From the human T2T-CHM13v2.0 reference genome, Homo sapiens, in NCBI RefSeq assembly GCF_009914755.1, contig NC_060928.1: a stretch of 64,000 nucleotides of DNA. One strand, 5' to 3'. Position numbers and translations under genes: made by a program. How positions within the stretch are numbered: the stretch's first letter is position 1; each line of letters starts with the position of its first letter. Positions 1-17,949 of the stretch are shown piece after piece. The notes beneath the pieces are model-generated. The model saw only the letters and a list, made by a program, of their open reading frames with translations. It was not told where the DNA came from and made no database searches.

Positions 1-225
1 TGTTGTGGGGCTCTAGGGAAAGAGTGAGGCACGTGGGCTTTTAGAACCATTGATAGGCCTCCTGATGTCCATAGCATTGTGGGAACAACAGTATAAAGCC
101 GCATGCCCAGTTCAAAGGAGTGTATTTTGAAAGTTTTCTAAAATTAAACCTTTTCTCTCTGTGAAAAGATTTTTTTTTTCTCACAGTCCTCCTATCCTTA
201 TCACTATGAAAATTGAGCCACTTTC

Positions 226-1461
226 TGGCTATGTCATGCTCAGGGTCAGGTTCCAGCCCCAGCTGAGGGCTGAGGGGAGTGGGTGGACATGGGGCAGGGA
301 GCTGGAAGAACACTCGAGAGACAGCAGGTAGATGAGACATGGCTTTATTCAGCAGCAGTTTTCATTAACAGCTTTCTCACACTAGCTATCTCACACTGTC
401 TGCCCTGTCTCAGTTGCTTAGTTCAGCAGCTCCCAAACACACAGCTGCACCGACAGCCCTCCCTTGCCTTCAGGGTCAGCAGCTTAACTCTCTCTCTCTG
501 GGCACAAGTGAGCTGAGCTGTGTCCTGGCTCCCTCCTGTCTATCTACAAAGACAGACCCCTCTGGCTCTCTCTCTCTCTTTGGGTGCCAGCGCACCTGTA
601 CAGTGTCAGCAGGACAATTATACCTTTTGCAAACAATACTGGCTTAGAGCAAGGCATGGCCTTCCCATGTTATGGCTACATGGCTGTGATAACAAGTGGA
701 GTTATATGTGTGCACTCTAAACTCACAAGTCATGCAGAATGCAAACATCTTACCTTGGCCTATCCTTGAACAAACCACAGCCATGTTCCTTACAGGCTAT
801 TATTAAAAAGTCAAAAAATAACAGATGCTGGTGAGGTTGCAGAGAAAAAGGAACACTTATACACTATTGGTGGGAATGTAAATTAGTTCAGTCATTGTGG
901 AAGACAGTGTGGCGATTCCTCAGAGACCTAAAAACAGAAATACCATTCCACACAGCAGTTCCATGAACAGGAATATACCCAAAGGAATATAAACCATTCT
1001 GTCATAAAGACATGTGCACATGTATCTTCACTGCAGCACTGTTCACAAGAAAAGAGACATATATTCAACCTAAATGCCCATCAATAGTAGATTGGATAAA
1101 GAAAATGTGGTACATATACATCATGGAATACTATGCAGCTATGAAAAAGAACAAGATCATGTCCTTTGCAGGAACACGGATGGAGCTGGAGGCCTTTATC
1201 CTTAGCAAACTAAAGCAGGAACAGAAAACCAAATACTGCATGTTCTCACTTATAAGTGGGAGCTAAATGATGAGAACACATGGACTCATAGAGGGGAACA
1301 ATAGACATTGGGGCCTATTGGAGTGTGGAGGGTGGGAGGAGGGAAAGGATCATGAAAAATAACTAACGGGCACTAGGCTTAATAACTGGGTGACAAAATA
1401 GTCTGCACAACAAATCCCCCTGGTACAAACGTACTTCTGAACTTAAAAATAATTTTTTTTT
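226..1461 (+). mobile_element. 5'-truncated older L1PA (about L1PA12-16) 3' end, interrupted by an LTR
   Basis: ORF2 C-terminal remnant (ORF 1012-1266 ...KKMWYIYIMEYYAAMKKN...) plus 3' UTR. TSD aaattgagcca(c/t)tttc at 210-225 and 1462-1477. Confidence 0.85.
232..794 (-). mobile_element. Solo LTR, LTR18-like (ERVL class)
   Basis: Minus strand begins TGTAAGGAACATGGCTGTG and ends TGACA; minus-strand AATAAA at ~343-348; perfect 5-bp TSD GGCTA (227-231, 795-799). Confidence 0.7.
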
Positions 1462-3080
1462 AAATTGAGCCATTTTCAAAATGGATAGGAGAAATGAGCC
1501 TGAACATAAAGCCTGTCTCTAATTCAGAAGTTGTATCCAATAAGCTTCTCTTCTCCTTCTCTAGCCATCCTGTGACCTACAGCTCCTCCATAAGCTTTGG
1601 AATGTTCATGATGGATCCAAGAAATCTTGGTATCAAGGGTATCATTTGGATCCATATGTTTTCTCCCTAATGGTCAAGCCCTAGTATGAGAGAAAAACAC
1701 CAAAATTACAGAAATCCTACACACGAAATAGAAGAAAATTGAAGACATTATTCTGAGTTAAAATAGAATGCAAATGATAACCTGTTACCCTGTCTGGTGA
1801 GACAAAATACACAACACTGGAAAACTGTAAAAGTACCATCTAGGGAAATAAATCTCTCCTCTGTAATTTGGGTGAGCATAGCTCATCCTAAATCCATTAA
1901 TTACCATCCTTTTAAAAGCACTCCAAATCAATATGTTCTCCCCTTGGAGATTATTCAGATGAGCAGAACGGTTGTAAAATACTTCTTTGGCTAATATGGA
2001 TGATGACCAGAGAAGGTTGTAGTATCATTAAGGCCCCAATCTCAACAGAACATAACAAATATTTCATAATTACTGTGATGAGTGAAATGCCATCTTCTCC
2101 ATTCTGATCAGAGATTGTATTTTTGTTCTTGTTAAAAATTTGAATCACAGCAGGAGTGTGAATAGATAACCTATAAAGTGATTTTAGCAATCTGGAAAAA
2201 ATATTATGGTTAAAGCCTGGCATTGACATAACTAGGACCACAGTTTTCATCTCCACACAGGCCAATTAAATAATAGGTCTACTTCACATTTATAGGCTGG
2301 GCCCCCAACTGGGACCAGGCTTTTAAGCATTGTGCATCACAGGACATAAAACGCTGGGGCTACAGAATGTTTATGGTTCATACTGCCTGTCACAATTACT
2401 GGAAAAAGCAACACGAAGACCTTGGACTTATATTTGAAGGACAGTCCATTATTAATATGGTGAGAAAGCTCTAGATCTAGGTTTAAGCTTTTGCGGCTCA
2501 CCAACTATGTGACCTTGAGCCTGTGAACTATGGTTTTGCCATGAGGAAGATAGACATAATAATAGCTTTTCTTCCGTTACCACAAGGTAATTGTGGGAAA
2601 TACACAAAAGAATGAATGAGAAATCTTGTTGTAATGGTAAAGTGCTTAGACAAGTAGAAGATAATATTTATAGCTTAAATGCTGAGATTTAAAAAAACAG
2701 TTACTGTTGTGTGTTTGTTGTGTCTTCCCCCTGGGGTAGCTTTAAAAAACGTGGCCTGCATTTCTGTTAGGATGGCATTTAGACCTCCACTTCATCAAAG
2801 TCAGGAAGAAACTTTCATCAGTTTTTCTTCCTTACTGAAATAGAAACCCCCTATGTCTCCAGTGGCACGTTATCATCACAAAATACTGTTACGATAAATG
2901 GCCATGAAGCAAAGTTGATAGCCACTTCAAAATTATCCTTCCACATAAATTACATTAAAAACAACACTGTGTAACACCTGTAAGAAAGGCTACCTTCAAG
3001 AGAAGTTATTTTTAGTTGAGAGGGTGGAAAGGAAAAAGACGGCACATGCCAGTGCCTCCTGATGAGCTGTAAAACACTCA

Positions 3081-3463
<383 letters not shown>

Positions 3464-4299
3464 TTAAAATCACAAACGCAGAAATGCTCTTAATTTTCTT
3501 TTATCTCCTTCCATTAAATTAAGCTTTAGTTTGAAAGTCACACAAGATCTCACATATTGCCTCTAAAAAATTGAGTGGCGTGCACAGAGAAGCACTTCAG
3601 TTAGAGTGACCTGGGGGAGGATGGCTTGGGGTGGGGGGCGGCTTCTTGGATCTATACCTTAAATATTGGCACTTTTGAAATCCTCAACAATTTAAATACT
3701 GAGGGGAAAATGCCGTATGTAGTGAGAAATAAAGGATATAAAACACTTGGACCAGTGATTGATAACAGAAAAAGGAGAGAAATCTCAGTCAACTGGGACA
3801 GTTAGTTCAAAACCAGGCTGGGTTTTGCTAAGCCACAAAGACTAGTCTTGCAAAGCCTTTAAATCTTTGCAGGGCTTCTGGGTACCGAGTTGGAGGATCA
3901 GCCTCCAGGCCATAAGAAGTTCCACTCTGGGGAGGAGAATCAGATAAGCGAGGTCAAGTAGAGAGACAGCTTTCTACTCCTCTAAGGATTCATGCCAAAT
4001 ATATTCTCCTCGGGCCTTTAAATAGAAAAATCTCTAGTTTCTTCAGATAAAATGCACAGTCACTGCATAAGTTGCTGATATAAGGAAAAGAACAGGAGTA
4101 GTCTTTTTGCTGAGGGAGGCTGTCCTCCTTTGGGGAAACCTTCGATTTTGATTCATTTCTCATGAGAGGGAGAGAACACTTACCTATTTTTTTTTCTAGA
4201 TTCTGTGCTCATTAGCTCTCTTACAGCTTTCACTCAAACATGCACTTAGCCCCTAGAACCTGAGGAAACATAAATAAAGAGAATCTCAATATATTTTAT

Positions 4300-4598
4300 T
4301 TATTTATTTTGTTTTTTGTTTTTACTTTTTGAGAAGGGGTCTTGCTCTGTTGCCCAGGCTGGAGTGCGGTGGCACAATCTTGGCTCACTGTAACCTCCCC
4401 CTCCCAGGCTCAAGTGAACCTCCCACCTCAGCCTCCTGAGTAGCTGGGACTACAGGCACATGCCACCACACTTGGCTAATTCTTTTGTATTTTTGGTAGA
4501 GACAGGGTTTCGCCACATTGATCAGGCTGGTCTCAAACTCCTGAGGTCAAGCCATCCTCCTGCCTCGGCCTCTCAGATGTAAGACACAGCACCAGGCC
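4300..4598 (-). mobile_element. AluJ
   Basis: Diverged dimer; TSD gagaatctcaa(t/c)atatttta. Confidence 0.9.
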
Positions 4599-4981
4599 TG
4601 AGAATCTCAACATATTTTAAATAAGGTTCTTTTACTTGGGGTGGGTATTAAAAATATTAATAGAGAAGCACATATGTATATACAAATATATATGCATATG
4701 TAGGAAAACACATATATGGGATGCATGCAAATGTCTGCTAACACCAAATGCCCTTTAAATGCCAGGAAACTATCACATGAATGAAAGAAAAGAGGTGGGA
4801 ACAAGTGTTGGTTTGGGCTAGATTTTGCCTTAGAAAGTCAAGAAGAGACTGAATCAGATTCTGCACAAACCATGCCTATTTAAGATGCTCAAATATTTAG
4901 AATCCAAAATAATTCAGACTGGGCCTACAGAAACAAATTAGTGGAATTGAAGGTGATTTATTGAAACATTCTTTTTCTCTC

Positions 4982-5688
4982 TATGAAAGGCAAATAAATC
5001 TCAGGACCGACCCTCAAATCACTCAGCCAAGGGAAAAGTGAAGCTGGGGTCTGTGTCATGCAAACCCGCCTCCCATCTTATTCCTAAGTAAGATAGCTAC
5101 AAAGATAAAAAAGCCACATACCTCCCTCACAATTGGCCCACAAGGAAATTCCTTGTGAGCCTCAAGCTCTTTATCCTAAAACCATTCTGTTGAATTTCAC
5201 CCTGGCAATGTAAACTGATAACTTATCTTCACCTCCCCAGACAGAAAGTCATCCCTCTGAGGTTCACCTGAGACATATGCATATCTGATGGCTTCTTCTG
5301 TCCTGTTGTTTAAGTAAAAATGCAGATTCACTGAGCCAGACTAAATTGTGTTTTCAGTGAAAGGCTGATCAAGGACTCAAAAGAATGCAACCTTTTGTCT
5401 CTTTTGTCTAGCCTGTGTGGCCTGGAAACCACTACCCCACTCTTCAAATTGTCCCTCCTTTCTGGACTGAACCAAAGCAATGTACATCTTACACATACAC
5501 ATATTGATTGATGTTTCATGTCTCCCTGTCGCCCTAGAATGTACAGAAGCATGCTGCACCCCAACCACCGTGGGCACATGTTGCCAGGACCTCCTGAGGT
5601 TGTGTCATGGGTATGCCCTTCGCCTTTCTAAACAAACTTTCTAAACTGATCGAGACCCGTCTCAGATTCCAGATATTTTGGGTTCACA
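4982..5688 (+). mobile_element. Solo LTR, MER4A/MER4A1-like (ERV1)
   Basis: Begins t(a)tgaaaggcaaataaatctc, ends ttttgggttcaca; 4-bp TSD TCTC. Confidence 0.8.
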
Positions 5689-5904
5689 TCTCTGAAGCTC
5701 AGTTGCTATTTTTCTTGTGAACTGGGCTTCATTCATTAAACACATATTCATTAACTGTTTGCTAAGCACCAGGCCCTGTACTCATTGCTGGAGCTCAACA
5801 GTCATCAAGAGATCACAGCTGCTGCCCCAGGAAGTTGTAATCTCTCCAAGGAGGTAAATAGTATGTAAATAAATTCATAATAATGATTTTAGCATAGTTA
5901 AGAA

Positions 5905-6360
<456 letters not shown>

Positions 6361-7418
6361 CTTCCTGATCCTAGTACATAGTTTTGATCCTGAGAGGCAA
6401 TGACTGGGATTCAGAGAATCCATAGACTACTGGTTTGGAGGGTGAGGGCTACCTTCCACCTGCACCTGCTCCCAGAGCTCAGTGGTGCAATAAGCGGGGC
6501 GCCATAGGAAGTTTTAATGTTCTGCATTTCCTTTCTGTTGTTTCCTAATATTAGACAGAAATAAGAGACCTGAGCTTTAATCTTGCTCTGAAAGAGAGAG
6601 ATAAACATGGCATGCTACAAGAATTCGTAAGAGAAAGATATTACTTGTATTTGGTGGGTCGCAGAAGCTCTGCCTAAGAGGTGACATTGTTGATGGGCCT
6701 TGGAGAATGGGCAGCAGGTGGATGTGAAGAAGTTAGAGCATCAGAGGCAAGACAAAGGCGTGGATGCAGGAGCATGGCTTGTGTATGGAGGTTATTCCTT
6801 GTGAATCTATTGCACATGAGGCATTTGGTATGTTATAACTTTGAATTTCCCCAGAACCTGTGTGAGCTAAGCTAAATAGGAATTTACACCGTTTATTCTT
6901 TTCAACAATGAGGATACAGAAGCTTAGAGAGGTTGAAAAGCTCTTAAGTGACAGCGAAAGGATTGAACACACCTGTCTGACTTCAGCGTTCTACCCACAG
7001 ACAGGCACTTGTGTTTCCTATTGCTGCGCTAACAAGTGATGACAAACTTAGAGGTTTAAAACAACACAAATATATGATCTCACAGTTCTTTAGGTCAGAA
7101 GTCTGGGTGGGCGTGATTGATTTTCCTGCTCTGGGTCTCACAAAGCCAATCAAGGCGTTGATAGAGTGAGGCCCTGTCTAAAAAAAAGAACAAAAAAAAA
7201 TCGATACAACAAAATGTATTTCATACCCACCAGGTTGACAAAAGTGTTCAAGTTGGACAATAAGTGTGGGCAAGGATGTGGACCAATATGAACTTTCATC
7301 TGCTGCTGGTAGGAAACATAAACGGGTGTAACACCTTTGGAAAACCATTTGCAAAGTCTGCAACAGTACAATGGTCTACTAAAGTTGACACTGTGACCCA
7401 GAAAGTCCACTCTAAGGT

Positions 7419-8233
<815 letters not shown>

Positions 8234-8394
8234 CCTAGATATTTACCTTAGAGAAACTCTTGGGTCGTGCAGTTCAGGGTCCATACAAGAATGTTCAGAG
8301 CAGGACTGTTGGCAATAACTAACAATAGGAGACTCCAAACGTGAGTGACTAAATTAGTCACTGGAAGACTGATCAGTGAAAAATGAATGAATTA

Positions 8395-8680
<286 letters not shown>

Positions 8681-8994
8681 ACCCTGCAAAGCTGAATGAC
8701 ATATTGTTTAGAGAAACAAAAATATGTAGTAAAACTATTGAGAAAACAAGACAACGATGAATACGAAACCAAGGATGGTAGTTTCTCTGCAGAAACAAAG
8801 GGTCTGGGATGGTCTTCAGGGTTATGGGCGTGCCCTTTTTTACAAACAGATCCTTGGGTATTTGGTTTTTGTTAAATTCCTGTTTTTCATACGTTATATA
8901 TTGCTTAATAAATATTAGTTTTCATTTATTAAATATTTAATAAACTTAAAAGTAATGCAAGTTGGCCCTGTTTGTGGGGAGAATGGTAGGAAAT

Positions 8995-9332
<338 letters not shown>

Positions 9333-9350
9333 TTAAGGCTTTTGGATGTA

Positions 9351-10086
9351 CAGTTGACCCTTGAACAATGCAGGAGTTAGGGGTACCAATATCCTTGCAT
9401 TAGAAAATCCATATATAACTTCTTTTTTTTTTTTTTGAGACAGCGTTTTACTCTGTTGCCCAGGCTTCAGTGCAGTGGTGCAATTTTTGCTCACTGCAAC
9501 CTCTACCTCCCAGGCTCAAGCCACCTCAGCCTCCCAAGTAGCTGGGACCACAGGCACGTGCTAACATGCCTGGTTAATTTTTGTATTTTTTTGTAGAGTT
9601 GGGGTTTCACCGTGTTCCCCAGGCTGGTCTTGAACTCCTGAGCTCAAGCAATCCATTTGCCTTGGCCTCCCAAAGTGCTAGGATTACAGGTGTGAGCCAC
9701 CACATCTGGCCCATATATAACTTATGACTGCCCACTAACTATTAATAGCCTGCTGCTGACTGGAATCCTTACTGGTAACAATCGATCAACACATATTTTG
9801 CATGTTATATGCATCTTATGCTGTATTCTTACAAGAAAGTAAGCTAGAGAAAAGAAAATGTTATGAAGAAAAACACAAGGAAGATAAAATATATTAACTA
9901 TTTATTAAGTGCAAGTGGCTGATGATAAAGATCTTCACCCTTGTCATCTTCACATTGAGTAGGCTGAGGAGGAGGAAGAGGAAGAGGAGGGGTTGGTTTT
10001 GTTCTCTCAGGGGTGGCAGAGGAGGAAGAAAATCCATGTATAAGTGAACACCCACAGCCAAACCTGTGTTGTTCAAGGGTTAACTG
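9351..10086. mobile_element. Tigger2a/MER28-like DNA transposon with an internal AluJ (-, 9422-9711)
   Basis: TIRs CAGTTGACCCTTGAACAA / TTGTTCAAGGGTTAACTG flanked by TA; Alu TSD ccatatataactt. Confidence 0.85.
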
Positions 10087-10276
10087 TATTTTCTTTTTAT
10101 TATGTAATGGGGGCTATTTGCACACATCTACTAAGAAGCGCAAATAAAATGTATTTCTTTATTTTCTATAATGATATAATCTTCCTCATCCTCCCTCACT
10201 CGACTGAGTGGTGATGGACAGTGGAGGTGGGGGCACAGTCAAGCCTTTTAATCAGCCCCTCTGTATCTATAGGTTT

Positions 10277-10653
10277 TGATATGGTTTGGCTGTGTCACCA
10301 CCCAAATCTCCTCTTGAATTGTAGTTCCCATAATCCCCATGCATCATGGGAGGGACCAGGTGGATATAATTGGATCATGGGGTGGTTTCCCCTGTCCTAT
10401 TCTCCTGATAATGAGTTTGTTCTTCACAAGATCTGATGTTTTTATATGCAGCTTCCCTCTCTGCTGGTCACTCATTCTTCTCTCTCCTGCTGCCATATGA
10501 AAAAGGACCCGTTTCCTTCCCCTTCTGCCATGATTGTAAGTTTCCTGAGGCCTCCCCAGCCCTGCAGAACTGTGAGTCAATTAAACCTCTTTCCTTTGTA
10601 AATTACCCAGTCTCAGGCAGTTCTTTATAGTACCGTGAGAATGGACTAATACA
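10277..10653 (+). mobile_element. THE1 (THE1C/D-like) solo LTR
   Basis: TGATATGGTTTGGCTGTGTC...GACTAATACA; 5-bp TSD GGTTT. Confidence 0.92.
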
Positions 10654-11200
10654 GGTTTAAACAGTCATTTTAGGAAAATGTTCAATCTCCTTTTTCTTCC
10701 TCTCTGGATGTAGGGACCTGGGAGTGCGACATGGTGGCCTCAGGGGAAAAGGGCTCTCGTCTAGACCTTCTGACTGTCCTCTGGATCTTCCTGGTGTCCA
10801 TGCGGGGCTGCTGCTCTGGGCTGGCCCCAGGGCCTTTGGCCAGTGTCCATGAGGTAAACGTGAGAAACTTCTTTCTGGTTGGCTCTTGGCTACAACAGCC
10901 CCTGGTGGTTTTCCCCTGCTAATGCGACCCCACAGGATCCTAGGAGTTCTAGAAATTGCTCTGAGTTTAGCTGCATTTCTGTCAAATCTCTGAGGCCTCT
11001 TTAGGAGGGACGTGTTTTTCTCCGGCCATGACTGCTCCCAGGCTGGGCCCGCTGCTCTCAGTGCAGTGGCCTTCCTCTCCATTCTGGGGTGAGAAAAAAC
11101 TTTCCTTCATGTCACACAGGAGCTGGGGGCAACTTGGGACAGGTCCCCAAAACTCTCTGTGTCTAACCAGGTTCTCCTGTCCCTTTCCCTTTGCTGCAGC

Positions 11201-12112
11201 TGAAGCCGTCCCTACCAGGTTGACAAGAATTGCATGCAGGGTTCTGGACAGGAATATAATAAGTATTAATCAGGCCGCTCTTTGGCGCACTTCCTTTTTG
11301 CCGAAAATCATGTGGCACTAGATCCTGACCATTTGCATCCCCCATTGTTCTATAGATAGAATCTCTGACATTAGAATCATAAGGCTTTGGCTTAAGGATC
11401 ACTTAAGATATTTTTCAGACCCGGAATTCCAGCAACCAGTTTGACAACTCCTACAGAGAAACAGGATCCACATAAGGATACAGCTTCTTCATATCCCTGT
11501 CCCATGACTTCACCCTGCGTTCTTCAACCAATCAATGTGTCAGGCCTCTGAGCCCAGGCCTGCACGTATACATCCAGATGGCATGAAGTAACTGAGGAAT
11601 CACAAAAGAAGTGAAACTGGCCGGTTCCTGCCTTAACTGATGACATTACCTTGTGAAATTCCTTCTCCTGGCTCATCTGGGCTCAGAAGCTCCTCCACTG
11701 AGCACCTTGTGACCCCCCACCCCTGTCCGCCAGAGAGCAACCCCCTTTGACTGTAATTTTCCACTACCTACCCAAATCCTGTGAAATGGCCCCACCCCAT
11801 CTCCCTTCACTGACTCTATTTTCGGACTCCGCCCGCCTGCACCCAGGTGAAATAAACAGCCTTGTTGCTCACACAAAGCCTGTTTGGTGGTCTCTCCACA
11901 CGGACGCATGTGACACAATGATCCCCACACTTCACCCCACTCCAAATCCCCAAAAAGCCCTAGGCCCACACTCCTTGGGGAGATGAATGTGAGGTTTCCT
12001 CCCATCTCCTTGCTCAGCGAACCTGAGATTACACCTCTTTCTCTGCTGCAACCTGGAGTCTCAGAATATTGACTTACTGGGTACATCAGGCAACAAACCT
12101 GTTGTAGTTCTA
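11201..12112 (+). mobile_element. ERV1 solo LTR (LTR26-like) split by LTR7
   Basis: Begins tgaagccgtccctaccaggttgacaagaattgcatg; the sequence resumes in register after the LTR7. Family name tentative and right boundary approximate. Confidence 0.55.
11538..11915 (+). mobile_element. HERV-H solo LTR (LTR7 family)
   Basis: TGTCAGGCCTCTGAGCCC...GAAATAAACAGCCTTGTTGCTCACACAAAGCCTGTTTGGTGGTCTC...TGACA; perfect 5-bp TSD CAATG. Confidence 0.93.
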
Positions 12113-12281
12113 CAGTTGCCCATGTGGCCTGGAGCCAGCCCATACAGGAGACTTCCCCACATGGAGCCCTCTGTTTTTGGCTTTCCCCCTCCTTTTTTGT
12201 GATACTGTACACCCCTTCTGGATAGACACCAGAAAGGGAGCCGTCATCCCAAATGTGTCAAACCCTTATCTCCTGAAGTGG

Positions 12282-13147
<866 letters not shown>

Positions 13148-13339
13148 CTTTCCAGTCCCTGCCTCATCCTCTGGGGGCAGAAGGGGTGGGCCCACCATCT
13201 CTTACCTGACAGTCACTTCTCCTTCCCCATTTCCTCCTTCTCTGTCCTGACTTTCCTCTGGCCACAATGGCAGTTGAAAAGCAGGGAGAGAAAGTGCCTC
13301 AGAGGAAGGGAATATCTAGAAAGTTTAGATTCCTTACAT

Positions 13340-13642
13340 TATTATTTTGTTGTTGTTTTTTAGATGGGGTTTTGCTCTCATTGCCCAGGCTGGAGTGCGG
13401 TGGTGCGATCTTGGCTCACTGCAACCTCCACCTCCTGGGTTCAAGCAATTCTGCTGCCTCAGCCTCCTGAGTGGCTGGGATTATAGGTGTGTGCCACCAC
13501 GCCCAGCTAATTTTTGTCTTTCTAGTAGAGATGGGGTTTCACTTGTTGGCCAGGATGGTCACGAACTCCTGACCTGAGGTGATCCACCCGCCTCGGCCTC
13601 CCAAAGTGCAGGGATTACAGGAGTGAGCCACCGTGTCCAGCC
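13340..13642 (-). mobile_element. AluS
   Basis: Full dimer on the minus strand. Confidence 0.92.
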
Positions 13643-13867
13643 AATTTCTTTAAAAAGATAAAGAAATAGAGGTGAGGTGATGACACCGCCCACCATACCC
13701 AGACCTCGCCCACATTGGTTCTGTTGTTTCCTTACACTAATTTTTGAACATTTAAGGATTTTAAAAGCTAATTTGTCCAGGGACACTTCTGCCTTACTTT
13801 CTTGCAAGTAAGCTCATTTCAAGATGCTAATAAGAAAGTATGTTTCTTCCCAGGAAGTCAGTCAAAT

Positions 13868-14331
13868 TAAGGGAGGAGACCACCCCTCATATTGTCTTAT
13901 GCCCAATTTCTGCCTCCAAAGAAAAAGTAAAAACTAAAAGGCGGAAATGAAATCCACAGGCAGACAGCCCGGGCCACACCCTGGGCCTGGTAGTTAAATA
14001 TCAACCCCTGACCCTGACCTATTCGGTTATGTTATCTATAAATTACAGACATTGTATAGAAAAGCACTGTGAAAATGCCTGTCCTCTTCTGTTCCGTTCT
14101 AATTACCGGTGCATGCAGCCCCCAGTCATGTACCCCCTGCTTGCTCAATCAATCACGACCCTCTCACACAGACCCCCTTAGAGTTGTGAGCCCTTAAAAG
14201 GGACAGGAATTGCTCGCTCGGGGAGCTCGGTTGTTGGAGACGTGAGTCTTGCTGAAGCTCCCAGCCGAATAAAGCCCCTCCTTCTTTAACTCGGTGTCTG
14301 AGGGGTTTCGTCTGCGGCTTGTCCTGCTACA
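13868..14331 (+). mobile_element. LTR2 solo LTR (HERV-E/Harlequin group)
   Basis: TAAGGGAGGAGACCACCCCTCATATTG...AATAAAGCCC...TCCTGCTACA; 4-bp TSD AAAT; many CpGs retained. Confidence 0.9.
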
Positions 14332-14804
14332 AAATGTGGAAAGTGGGACAATCACGCCCTTGTGAAACAACAATCGCAGCACTTCAGCCTTCCTGGGTAT
14401 GGTCTTTGATCTTTCTGCTTGGCTGTGAGGGGAATAAAGTTGTAATGGCCGAGAGCTCAGAACTTAGACTTGTAAATGAGGAGCTTTCTGCTATGCATGG
14501 TAAGCAGGCAAGCAATTTGACCTTCGCTTGATGCTCAGAAGCCAAAACACATTCCAGACAATTCAAGAGTCAAGTGCAAAAAAATTAAAGTGTAAAACAC
14601 TGGACAAATAGAATTAGATATTTGTATATTTATAACATCTGGAGCGGTAAAGACTTAGTAAACTTAGAAGTAGTAGAAGTCATAAAGAAAATAATGGGCC
14701 AATTTATCTGCATGAAATTAATTTTTAAATGAATTTACTTTATCCTAACTGGCTGTAAGTGAAATTGGTCACAGGCAAATTGGCTTTTAAATGAATTGGT
14801 TTGA

Positions 14805-15193
<389 letters not shown>

Positions 15194-15385
15194 CTAACTT
15201 TGTTAGAGGCAAAGACAGGATTGGTGACTGACTAGATACAGCAGGGAGGCAGGATGGAAAAGTCAAGAATGAATGGGAGGTTTATGAGCCCAGGTAGCTG
15301 GGAGGGTAGTGGAACCAATTAACCCAAGTAGGAAGCAAAGCCGGAGGAGCATCCTTGGTCCTCGGAGTTGATATCACTATAGGTC

Positions 15386-15566
15386 ACTTGTTCTCTAACT
15401 TTTGCCTGCATCAGAATTACATGGAGAGTTTGTTAAAATGCATATTGCTGGGCGCATCCGTAGAGCTGCTGATTCAGTTGGTCTGGGTTGGGGCTTGAAT
15501 TTGCATTTCTAAAGAGTTCTTAGGTGGTGCTGACGCTACTGACCCTGGACCTCACTTTGAGAATCA
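15386..15566. mobile_element. MER5A-like hAT relic
   Basis: gttctctaactt...catcagaat...tgattcag...tttgcatttctaa...actttgagaa pattern. Confidence 0.75.
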
Positions 15567-16439
15567 TCATCTGGTTTAGGGGTGAAGGTGGTGGGGATAG
15601 TGTCCAGCAGAGAGTTATTATTGTGGGCCTGGAGCCCTGGAGAGAGATCAGGGCCAGATATAAGGATAATTGCTACCATTTCCTGTAAAGCTTCCCTTCG
15701 GTGTGCCAGTAATGAGCTGATGGGCCCAAATATTGATTATGCATTAGGGTGGGGGCTGGGCAGGGGCTGGAGAGCCCAAAGCCCCCAGACCAATTGTCTT
15801 TAGCCTGAGCAGCCACTTCCATTTATCCCAGAATGCATACTGGCATTATCATTTTTCTAATGGAAGCAGTAATATGGAAAACTAAAATGTTGAAAAGCAC
15901 TGACTGAGCACTTACTCTGTGGCAGGCTGAAGTGATATTCCTATGAGCAAGATCCAATTATTATCCAGATTTAAGAGAAGAGAAAATGGAGGTTTAGAGA
16001 GGTTAAGCCACTCGTTCATTGTCACATGGCTAGTAATTGGCAGATCCAGGATTAAAACTCTGTCTGGCCCATTTCCAGACCTTGAGCTTCTAATCATTGT
16101 GCCTCTTAAAGGATTTGAACATTACCTGCATAGAGGTGATATTTAAAACAATGAGATTGGATGAGACTATCAAGCAAGAGGGCATACAGAGAAATGTCCA
16201 AGTACAGTACCTTGGGGAACATTTAATCTAGGGGATGAGGGGAAGAAATGGAGTCCCAGAGGATGTTACGGAAATGAAAGGAGAAGAAAGCATGAAGAAA
16301 GTAAAAGAATTTCATTAGTATCATATGCCTTGGAGCTGTCAAGAAAGAAAAACAAACAAAAAAGATTACTAAATTTTGAGACCAGGATTACTGTTCTTGA
16401 AAGGAACTGCTTCATCAGAGAGGTAAGGATGAAAAGTGA

Positions 16440-17570
<1,131 letters not shown>

Positions 17571-17652
17571 ATTGAAAATTCATCACAGGATAGATGATAA
17601 TAATGTGGATGTAGCTAATATAGATTCTTTTCCTTTCAGTAAATATTATATA

Positions 17653-17949
17653 GGCTGTATGCAGTGGCTCACACCTTTAATCCCAGCACTTTGGGAGGCC
17701 AAGGCAGGTGGATCACCTAAGGTCAGGAGTTCGAGACCAGCCTGGCCAACATGCTGAAACCCCATCTCTACTAAAAATACAAAAATTTAGCTGGGCATGG
17801 TGGCGTGCAGCTGTAGTCCCAGCCACTCTGGAGGCTGAGGCAGGAGAATCGCTTGAACCCGGGGGTGGAGGTTGCAGTGAGCTGAGATTGTGCCTCTGCA
17901 CTCCAACCTGGGAGATTCTGTCGAAAAAAAGAAAAGAAAAGAAAAGAAA
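17653..17949 (+). mobile_element. AluS
   Basis: Dimer with (GAAAA)n tail; TSD aaatattata. Confidence 0.92.

Noticed and set aside
10657-11082. 141-aa basic, Pro-rich ORF
   Set aside because: No domain or exon evidence; its composition reflects locally GC-rich sequence.
11673-12212. 179-aa minus-strand ORF, the longest non-MFAP3L ORF
   Set aside because: Antisense across the LTR7/host-LTR junction with no recognisable domain; a chance ORF.
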